A stretch of 14,259 nt of DNA from Verrucomicrobiota bacterium (GTDB lineage: Bacteria; Verrucomicrobiota; Verrucomicrobiia; Limisphaerales; CANJSG01): the NCBI GenBank assembly GCA_038209745.1, contig JBBQXJ010000103.1, forward strand, positions 1-14,259. The letters are read 5' to 3'. The stretch's first letter is position 1. Every line of letters begins with the position of its first letter. Positions 1 through 6,568 of the stretch are shown piece by piece. The notes beneath the pieces are model-generated. The model was given only the letters and a program-made list of their open reading frames with translations, had not been told where the DNA came from and made no database searches. The position numbers and the translations under genes are program-made.

Positions 1-1
1 C

Positions 2-139
2 CTCCACCACCTCGGACACGAAGCCGGCCGGGGCGAACACGTTGGGCGTGGTGAACACCGGCCGGGCCCGCAGCGTGCGGATCCCGGTGCCGGCCAGCGC
101 AGCCTCGTCGCGCTCGGCCTTGTCGGCCCGCTCGCGCCG
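2..139 (-). other. Inverted fragment encoding an N-terminal segment of an SDR homolog (probable chimeric or fold-back junction)
   Basis: The minus strand 139->2 reads RRERADKAERDEAALAGTGIRTLRARPVFTTPNVFAPAGFVSEVVE with strongly GC3-biased codons, while the plus frame there looks like an antisense shadow (LHHLGHEAGRGEH...). From memory of this family, TGIRTLRxxPVFTTPNVFxP directly precedes the FEQ..EP..CYxCK segment. Not database-checked. Confidence 0.65.
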
Positions 140-1399
140 ACCGCGTTCGAGCAGTCGGACGTCGACGGCGACAGCGGGTTCCGCGAGCTGGTCGAGCCGC
201 GGCACTGCTACGTCTGCAAGACCTCCTACGCCGAGCTCCACCACTTCTACGACCAGCTCTGCCCGTCGTGTGCCACCTTCAACGAGGCCAAGCGCACCGA
301 GACCGCAGACCTGTCGGGCCGGGTGGCGCTGCTGACCGGCGGCCGGGTGAAGATCGGCTACCAGGCCGGGATCAAGCTGCTCCGCGCCGGCGCCAAGCTG
401 ATCGTCACGACGCGTTTCCCCCGCGACTCGGCCTCCCGCTACGCCAAGGAACCGGACTTCGCGCAGTGGGGGCATCGACTGGAAATCTACGGCCTCGACC
501 TGCGCCACACCCCGAGCGTGGAAGCCTTCTGCCGGCACATGCTGGAAACGCAGGAGCGGCTGGATTTCATCGTGAACAACGCCTGCCAAACCGTGCGGCG
601 CCCGCCCGATTTCTACCGGCACATGATGGACGACGAGACCGCCGCGCTGGAATCGCTCTCGCCCGACGCCCGCAAGGTGCTCGGCAATTACGAGGGTCTG
701 CGCGGATACAGTCTCTTGCCCGAGGGAGGTAGGGCTGACCTGCCGGTCAGCCAAGCAGCGACATCGCGAAACGGCACCGGTTCAGTCGCCGGCCTGACCC
801 ACGCCGCCGAACTTTCCCAAGTCGCCTTGCTCCCCGAGGAACTCGCCGCACAACAAGCGCTTTTTCCCCAGGGCCGGCTCGACCAGGACCTGCAGCAGAT
901 CGATCTGCGCGAGCGCAATTCCTGGCGGATGTTGATGGCCGAAGTCCCGACCGTGGAGCTGCTGGAAGTGCAGTTGGTCAACGCCGTCGCCCCCTTCATC
1001 CTCAACGCCCGGCTCAAGCCGCTCATGCTCCGCACCCCGGAGCGCGACAAGCACATCGTCAACGTCTCGGCGGTCGAGGGGCAGTTCTACCGGAAGTTCA
1101 AGACCACGCGCCATCCGCACACGAACATGGCCAAGGCCGCGCTCAACATGATGACGCGCACCGCCGCCGCCGACTACGAGACGGACGGCATCCACATGAA
1201 CGCGGTGGACACCGGCTGGGTGACCGACGAGGACCCCGCCCACATCGCCGAGCGCAAAGTGGCGGAGCATCGCTTCCATCCCCCGCTCGACATCGTGGAC
1301 GGAGCCGCCCGCATCGTGGATCCGATCATCGACGGCGTGAACACCGGCCACCACGTCTGGGGCCAGTTCCTCAAGGACTACAAACCGACGGAATGGTGA
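131..1399 (+). CDS. Atypical SDR-family oxidoreductase with N-terminal CxxC..CxxC (zinc-finger-like) region; 5' end missing or chimeric
   Basis: Frame 2 is open from the window start to TGA at 1397-1399, and protein-like sequence begins about 131-140 (APTAFEQSDVDGDSGFRELVEPRHCYVCK). It has CYVC (206-217), CPSC (260-271), Rossmann motif ALLTGGRVKIG, LDFIVNNA, IVNVSA, TNMAKAALNMMTR and MNAVDTGWVT. The ORF-track start at 323 is internal. Confidence 0.88.
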   Translation, partial: LAPTAFEQSDVDGDSGFRELVEPRHCYVCKTSYAELHHFYDQLCPSCATFNEAKRTETADLSGRVALLTGGRVKIGYQAGIKLLRAGAKLIVTTRFPRDSASRYAKEPDFAQWGHRLEIYGLDLRHTPSVEAFCRHMLETQERLDFIVNNACQTVRRPPDFYRHMMDDETAALESLSPDARKVLGNYEGLRGYSLLPEGGRADLPVSQAATSRNGTGSVAGLTHAAELSQVALLPEELAAQQALFPQGRLDQDLQQIDLRERNSWRMLMAEVPTVELLEVQLVNAVAPFILNARLKPLMLRTPERDKHIVNVSAVEGQFYRKFKTTRHPHTNMAKAALNMMTRTAAADYETDGIHMNAVDTGWVTDEDPAHIAERKVAEHRFHPPLDIVDGAARIVDPIIDGVNTGHHVWGQFLKDYKPTEW

Positions 1400-1410
1400 A
1401 CGAAATCAAG

Positions 1411-1437
1411 GCAGGGACGATTTGCCGAGCCGTCCCC
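1411..1437 (+). repeat. Degenerate REP-like hairpin (GCAG-GGACG...CGTCCC) after the SDR stop
   Basis: GGGACG (1414-1419) pairs with CGTCCC (1431-1436). It starts with GCAG, one mismatch from the GTAG tetranucleotide of REPs. Confidence 0.45.
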
Positions 1438-1441
1438 ATTT

Positions 1442-1516
1442 CGAGCGCAGCGAGGCGAACACAGTGAGCATCTCAGCCAATCATCGGCATCCGACCGGAG
1501 ATGCTCGCTTCGCTCG
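1442..1516. repeat. Palindromic intergenic repeat (CGAGCGCAGCGAG...CTCGCTTCGCTCG type)
   Basis: CGAGCGCAGCGAG (1442-1454) and CTCGCTTCGCTCG (1504-1516) are a 12/13 inverted match. GAGCATCTC (1466-1474) and GAGATGCTC (1498-1506) are a perfect 9-bp inverted repeat. Confidence 0.6.
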
Positions 1517-1542
1517 CACCGCCTCCAGCCTCTGACTCCACC

Positions 1543-2574
1543 ATGCGCGCCGCTGTTCTCCACGGAAAAGAAGACGTCCGGATCGAAGAAGTCTCCGTGC
1601 CGGCATTGCAGCCCGGCCAGGTGCGGATCGGCATCCGTGCGGCGCTGACCTGCGGGACGGATCTCAAGGTCTTCAAGCGCGGCTACCACGCCAAGATGCT
1701 GGTGCCGCCCACGGTCTTCGGCCACGAGCTGGCCGGCGAGATCGTCGAAGTGACGCCCGAGGCGGCGGAACGGTTCGCCATCGGGGACCGGGTGGTGGCG
1801 GCAAATTCGGCGCCGTGCGGACGGTGTTTCTTCTGCAAGGCCAACCAGGAAAACCTCTGCGACGATCTGCTCTTCCTCAACGGCGCCTACGCCGAGTCCA
1901 TCGCGGTGCCGGCCCGCATCGTCGATCACAACCTGCTGAAGCTCGACGACGCCACGCCGTTCCGCGACGCGGCTTTGACCGAGCCTTTGGCCTGTGTCGT
2001 CCAAGGGCTCCGCGACCTGAAACTGCGATCCGGTGAACGCGTGCTCATCATCGGCGCGGGCCCGATCGGGCTGATGTTTGCGACCTTGGCCAAGGCAACC
2101 GACTGCCACGTGACGGTCGCCGGTCGGGGCGAGAACCGGTTGGCCAAAGCGCGGGCGCTCCGGGCCGACCTGGTCCTGAATGCCCCGACAGTCGCAATTT
2201 TACCCGAGCTGATGCGGGAGCACGGCTGCGTCTTCGACGTGGTCGTAGAAGCCGTGGGCCAGCCCGAATGCTGGGAAGCGGCGGTCAAGGCGGTGCGAAA
2301 GGGCGGCCGGGTGGACTTCTTCGGAGGGTGTCCCAGCGGCGCATGCGTTTCGTTGGACGCCACGCTGATCCACTATTCGAGCCTCACGCTGCTCGCCAGC
2401 TTCCACCACTCGCCGCGCGCCATCCGCGAGGCGCTCCGCTGGATCGAGCGGGGCGTGATCCGGGCCTCCGACTTCGTGGACGGCGAATGTTCGTTGACCC
2501 GCTTGCCGGAACAGTTCCGTGGGATGGCGGCGGGGAACCGGGCGGTGAAGACCTTAGTCGACGTCTCCCGCTGA
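1543..2574 (+). CDS. Zinc-dependent medium-chain dehydrogenase (sorbitol/L-iditol/threonine dehydrogenase-like)
   Basis: MRAAVLHGKEDVRIEEV start, catalytic Zn motifs CGTD and GHE, structural Zn motif CGRCFFCKANQENLC, TEPLAC and NAD-binding GAGPIG. ATG 1543 is preferred over 1501, which lies inside the upstream palindrome. Substrate not determinable. Confidence 0.92.
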   Translation: MRAAVLHGKEDVRIEEVSVPALQPGQVRIGIRAALTCGTDLKVFKRGYHAKMLVPPTVFGHELAGEIVEVTPEAAERFAIGDRVVAANSAPCGRCFFCKANQENLCDDLLFLNGAYAESIAVPARIVDHNLLKLDDATPFRDAALTEPLACVVQGLRDLKLRSGERVLIIGAGPIGLMFATLAKATDCHVTVAGRGENRLAKARALRADLVLNAPTVAILPELMREHGCVFDVVVEAVGQPECWEAAVKAVRKGGRVDFFGGCPSGACVSLDATLIHYSSLTLLASFHHSPRAIREALRWIERGVIRASDFVDGECSLTRLPEQFRGMAAGNRAVKTLVDVSR

Positions 2575-2594
2575 CCGGGAAACGCTCGTGGCCG

Positions 2595-2623
2595 TTGCGG
2601 TCCGAATGGAGGCTGCTTAGGGT
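2595..2623 (+). promoter_or_regulatory. Putative sigma70 promoter for a leaderless sulfatase(-birA) transcript
   Basis: TTGCGG (2595-2600), 17-nt spacer, TAGGGT (2618-2623), 7 nt, then ATG 2631. No Shine-Dalgarno. Confidence 0.5.
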
Positions 2624-2630
2624 TCGACCC

Positions 2631-4061
2631 ATGCGTTTGTTCCGTTTTTTGACCTCCATGGCCCTGCTCTTCGGCCTGGGCATGTCCGGTTTCGCCGAAC
2701 CCCTGCGCGATTGGTCGAAGCAGGAGAAGCTGGAATTCATGCGGACCAACCGCAGCAAGATCATTCCCCGGCTCGCCCGGATGGACCAGCCGAACATCGT
2801 CCTGATCCTCGTGGACGATCTCGGCTACGGCGACCTCGGCTGCTACGGACAGGAGAAGATCAAGACGCTCTACCTCGACCAGATGGCGAAGGAAGGGCTG
2901 CGCTTCACCAGCGCCTACGCCGGCAGCACCGTTTGCGCGCCCTCCCGCTCCACGCTCATGACCGGACAGCACACGGGCCACACCCGCGTGCGGGGAAACG
3001 CGGAGGTTCCGCTCCAGACCAACGACGTGACGGTGGCGGAGATCCTGCAGAAGTCCGGCTACGTCACGGCGATGATCGGGAAGTGGGGCCTGGGCCTCGA
3101 GGACACCAGCGGAGAGCCCAACCGCAAGGGCTTCACGGAGACGCTCGGGTACTATGACCAGACCCTGGCCCACAATTATTTCCCGGAGTCCCTGTGGAGG
3201 AACGGGCAAAAGCTTCCGCTCGCCGGAAACAAAGACGGCAAGAAGGAGGTCTACGCTCCGGATCTGTTCGCCCGGTCGGCGGTGAACTTCATGAACCAGT
3301 ACAAGCAATCGCCGTTCTTCCTCTACTTCGCCTGCACCCTCCCGCATGCGAACAACGAGCTGGGCCGCAAGTCGGGCAACGGCATGGAAATCTCCAGCGA
3401 CCATCCCTACACCGGTTTCGACTGGCCGCAGCCGGAGAAGAACAAGGCCGCCATGATCACCCGCATCGACGTCTACGTGGGCATGATCCTGGACACGATC
3501 AAGAAGCTGAACCTCGACCGGCAGACGATCGTGATCTTCACCAGCGACAACGGCCCGCACCAGGAAGGCGGCGTGGACCCGGCGTTCTTCAAGAGTTCCG
3601 GTCCGCTGCGGGGCATCAAACGCGATCTCTACGAAGGCGGCATCCGCGTGCCGGCCATCGTCCGTTGGCCCGGCCAGGTCGCGCCCGGCACGACGAGCGA
3701 CTTTCCGTGGGCGTTCTGGGACTTCCTCCCGACGGCGGCCGAACTGGCCAAGGCGCCCCTGCCGGATGGCCTCCAGATCGACGGCCAGTCCATCGTCCCG
3801 ACTCTCCATGGCAAGCCCCAGAAGCCCCACGATTTCCTCTACTGGGAATTCCACGAGAAGGGCAGCCAGCAGGCCGTCCGCATGGGCGACTGGAAGGCCG
3901 TCCGGAAATTCGGCTCCGCGCTCGAGCTCTACGATCTCAAGTCCGACCTCGGCGAAACCAACAACGTCGCCTCAGCCCATCCCGACGAGGTGAAGCGGAT
4001 CGAGGCGTATCTCTCCAAGGCCCGGACCGAATCGGCGGAATGGCCCCTCCAAAGCAAATGA
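2631..4061 (+). CDS. Secreted Cys-type (formylglycine-dependent) sulfatase, arylsulfatase-like
   Basis: Signal-peptide-like N-terminus MRLFRFLTSMALLFGLGMSGFA, PNIVLILVDDLGYGD, CAPSRSTLMTG (CxPxR), GYVTAMIGKWGLG, FTSDNG, YEGGIRVP and ELYDLKSDLGETNNV. Confidence 0.95.
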   Translation: MRLFRFLTSMALLFGLGMSGFAEPLRDWSKQEKLEFMRTNRSKIIPRLARMDQPNIVLILVDDLGYGDLGCYGQEKIKTLYLDQMAKEGLRFTSAYAGSTVCAPSRSTLMTGQHTGHTRVRGNAEVPLQTNDVTVAEILQKSGYVTAMIGKWGLGLEDTSGEPNRKGFTETLGYYDQTLAHNYFPESLWRNGQKLPLAGNKDGKKEVYAPDLFARSAVNFMNQYKQSPFFLYFACTLPHANNELGRKSGNGMEISSDHPYTGFDWPQPEKNKAAMITRIDVYVGMILDTIKKLNLDRQTIVIFTSDNGPHQEGGVDPAFFKSSGPLRGIKRDLYEGGIRVPAIVRWPGQVAPGTTSDFPWAFWDFLPTAAELAKAPLPDGLQIDGQSIVPTLHGKPQKPHDFLYWEFHEKGSQQAVRMGDWKAVRKFGSALELYDLKSDLGETNNVASAHPDEVKRIEAYLSKARTESAEWPLQSK

Positions 4062-5062
4062 CCTCCCCGGGAATGACGGTCGACGCCCAGATCATCGCCG
4101 CGATGCGCAGCAGCGGCGAAAACGGCGTGTCCGGCGCGGACCTCGCCGGTCGGCTCGGCATCAGCCGCGCCGCCATCTGGGCGCACATCGAGGAGCTCCG
4201 GAAACTGGGCTACGACATCACCGCCAGCCCGCATCTGGGATATCGCCTCCTCGGCATGCCGGATGTCCTGCACTCCGACGACCTGCTCGCCCGTCTCCCG
4301 GCCGACCGGATCATCGGCCGCGACATCCGGGTGTTCCAGGAGACCACCTCCACCAGCGACGTGACGGAGAAGCTGGCCCGCGACGGCGCCAAGGAAGGCG
4401 TCGTCGTCTTCGCCGAATCGCAGACCAAAGGGCGCGGCCGCCTGGGGCGGAAGTGGGTTTCACCCGCCGGCAAAGGGCTTTGGTTCTCGGTGCTGCTCCG
4501 GCCCCAGATGCGCCCCCAGGAAGCCACCCAGATGACCGTCGCCACCGCCGTGGCCGTCAGCCGCGCCATCGAGGCGCAGACCGGCCTGAAGACCGCCATC
4601 AAGTGGCCGAACGATCTCCTGATCCGCGGCAAAAAGGTCGCCGGCATCCTGACCGAATTGACGGCCGATCCCGACCAGATCAAGCATTTGATCATCGGCA
4701 TCGGCATCGATGCGAACCTCGCCTTGTCCGACCTCCCGACCGACCTGCGACCCATCGCGACGTCCCTGCGCATCGAGCGCAACGGGGCGGTGGACCGTCC
4801 CGCACTGGCGGCGCAGATCTTGACCGAGCTCGATGTGGAATACCGGCGGGTCTGCCGGGGGAAGTTCCCTGCCGTGGCGGACGAATGGGAGGCCCGCTGC
4901 TCGACGTTGGGATCGCGGGTCGTCGTCAACATCGGCTCCCGGAGCGTGGAAGGCGTGGCGGAGAGCCTCGACGACGACGGCGCTCTCCTGGTCCGCACCC
5001 AGCACGGTCGGATCGAACGGATCATCGGCGGGGACGTGACGATGCAGAAGAAGGAACGGTGA
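4058..5062 (+). CDS. birA: Bifunctional biotin-[acetyl-CoA carboxylase] ligase / HTH repressor
   Basis: N-terminal HTH (VSGADLAGRLGISRAAIWAHIEELRKLGY), QTKGRGRLGRKW, KWPND, KVAGIL and C-terminal DDDGALLV. The ATG overlaps the sulfatase stop (ATGA 4058-4061); alternative start at 4073. Confidence 0.96.
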   Translation: MTSPGMTVDAQIIAAMRSSGENGVSGADLAGRLGISRAAIWAHIEELRKLGYDITASPHLGYRLLGMPDVLHSDDLLARLPADRIIGRDIRVFQETTSTSDVTEKLARDGAKEGVVVFAESQTKGRGRLGRKWVSPAGKGLWFSVLLRPQMRPQEATQMTVATAVAVSRAIEAQTGLKTAIKWPNDLLIRGKKVAGILTELTADPDQIKHLIIGIGIDANLALSDLPTDLRPIATSLRIERNGAVDRPALAAQILTELDVEYRRVCRGKFPAVADEWEARCSTLGSRVVVNIGSRSVEGVAESLDDDGALLVRTQHGRIERIIGGDVTMQKKER

Positions 5063-5101
5063 ACGGAAAGGGCGCGCAACCATTCGGGTGCGCCTCTCCG
5101 T
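5063..5101. terminator. Imperfect hairpin between convergent birA and frr
   Basis: ACGGAAAGGGCGCGC (5063-5077) can pair with GTGCGCCTCTCCGT (5088-5101). No strong U-tract. Confidence 0.4.
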
Positions 5102-5126
5102 CGATCCTGGACAAACCCGCAACTCA

Positions 5127-5149
5127 GCGGATGTGGCCGTCCGCGCTCC
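5127..5149 (-). repeat. GGAG-type REP-like hairpin
   Basis: The minus strand reads GGAGC-GCGGACG-GCCA-CATCCGC, starting 2 nt after the frr stop: a GGAG tetranucleotide followed by a 7-bp GC-rich imperfect stem. Confidence 0.6.
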
Positions 5150-5151
5150 GC

Positions 5152-5709
5152 TCAGACCGTCAGGATCTCCTTCTCCTTGTGGACGAGGTGGGCCTCGATC
5201 TTGGCGATGTAGGAGTCGGTCAGCTTCTGCACCTCCGTCTCGGCCACTTCGACTTCGTCTTCGGACACGCCTTCTTTGGCGGCCTTCTTCATCAGTTCGA
5301 GGGCGGCGCGCCGTTCGTTGCGGATGGCGACGCGTCCTTCCTCGGTATACTTTTTGCAGAGCTTCACGAACTCCTGCCGACGTTCGGTGCTGAGATCGGG
5401 AAGAACGATGCGGAGGAAGCGGCCCTGGTTCGCGGGATTGAGCCCCAGCCCGGAGGACTGGATGGCCTTTTCGATGGCCTTGATGGTCGCCTGGTCGAAG
5501 GGCTGGACCAGCAGCATCCGATGCTCGGGCGTGCTGATGGAGGCGAGCTCTTTCAGGCGCATGTTCGCGCCGTAGGCTTCCACCATGACGTTCTCGATGA
5601 GTCCGGCCGACGCCTTGCCCGTGCGCACGCCGGCAAACTGATGCACGACGTGCTCTTCGGTCTTGACCATCTTTTCTTCGGTTTCCAGCAGGATATCGTC
5701 GAGAGCCAT
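5152..5709 (-). CDS. frr: Ribosome recycling factor
   Basis: 185 aa with VRTGKAS, LGLNP, PDLSTERRQE, GRVAIRNERR, VQKLTD and KEKEIL; directly downstream of pyrH. Confidence 0.98.
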   Translation of the reverse strand: MALDDILLETEEKMVKTEEHVVHQFAGVRTGKASAGLIENVMVEAYGANMRLKELASISTPEHRMLLVQPFDQATIKAIEKAIQSSGLGLNPANQGRFLRIVLPDLSTERRQEFVKLCKKYTEEGRVAIRNERRAALELMKKAAKEGVSEDEVEVAETEVQKLTDSYIAKIEAHLVHKEKEILTV

Positions 5710-5740
5710 AGGAAGGGGAGTTGGGCGTTCAGTAATGGAT

Positions 5741-6487
5741 TCAACCTGCGACCACCGTGCCGACGGGTTCGCCGAGCACGACTTTGCGCAGGTTGTGGGG
5801 CTTGAAGAAGTCGAACACGATGATCGGCATCTTGTTCTCCTGACAGAGGGCGAACGCGGCGGCGTCCATCACCTTGAGCTGCTTCTCCAGGGCTTCCTGG
5901 TAGGTGATGGTGGAGTAGCGCTTGGCCTTCTTGTTCTTCTTCGGATCGCAGTCGTAGATGCCGTCCACCTTGGTGGCCTTGAGGACGACTTCGGCGCCGA
6001 TCTCGTTGGCGCGAAGGGCCGCCGCGGTGTCGGTGGAGAAATAGGGATTGCCGGTGCCGGCGGCGAAGATGACCACGCGGCCCTTTTCCAGATGCCGCAC
6101 GGCGCGGCGCCGGATGAAGGGCTCGGCGACCTGCGTCATGGTGATCGCGGTCTGCACCCGGGTGGGCACGCGCTGCTTCTCGAGAGCGTCCTGGAGCGCG
6201 AGGGAATTGATCACCGTGGCGAGCATGCCCATGTAGTCGCCGGTGGCGCGGTCGATGCCCTTCTCACTGCCTTGGAGCCCGCGAAAGATGTTGCCGCCGC
6301 CGATGACGATGACGACTTCGACTCCGAGTTCACGGACCTCGGCGATCTGCTCCGCCATGCCGTGGACCGATTCGGGGTCGATCCCGGCACCGCCCGCTCC
6401 GCCCAAGGCTTCCCCGCTGAGCTTGATCAAAATCCGGCGATAGCGGGGTTTGAGGGACTTGGACTTCGATTTGACGCTTGAGCTCAT
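5741..6487 (-). CDS. pyrH: UMP kinase
   Basis: [47 protein letters not shown] and [13 protein letters not shown] at 6487 chosen because the ORF-track TTG at 6553 coincides with a -35 box. Confidence 0.98.
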   Translation of the reverse strand: MSSSVKSKSKSLKPRYRRILIKLSGEALGGAGGAGIDPESVHGMAEQIAEVRELGVEVVIVIGGGNIFRGLQGSEKGIDRATGDYMGMLATVINSLALQDALEKQRVPTRVQTAITMTQVAEPFIRRRAVRHLEKGRVVIFAAGTGNPYFSTDTAAALRANEIGAEVVLKATKVDGIYDCDPKKNKKAKRYSTITYQEALEKQLKVMDAAAFALCQENKMPIIVFDFFKPHNLRKVVLGEPVGTVVAG

Positions 6488-6524
6488 AAGGGATGCGCTC
6501 CACTGGGACCGCGATGTGGCCGAG

Positions 6525-6553
6525 GTTCTAACGTCCGCACCACGACGAGTCAA
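6525..6553 (-). promoter_or_regulatory. Putative sigma70 promoter of pyrH-frr
   Basis: Minus strand TTGACT (6553-6548), 17-nt spacer, TAGAAC (6530-6525). Confidence 0.45.
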
Positions 6554-6568
6554 TCGGAGCGCGGGAAT

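Noticed and set aside
2268..2630. N-terminal extension of the sulfatase ORF (597 aa)
   Set aside because: It overlaps the dehydrogenase in another frame; the signal peptide and promoter-like motif point to ATG 2631.
3194..4057. 622-aa ORF suggesting a long N-terminal fusion on BirA
   Set aside because: The extension is an Arg/Pro-rich alternative frame over the sulfatase; BirA similarity starts at 4058/4073.
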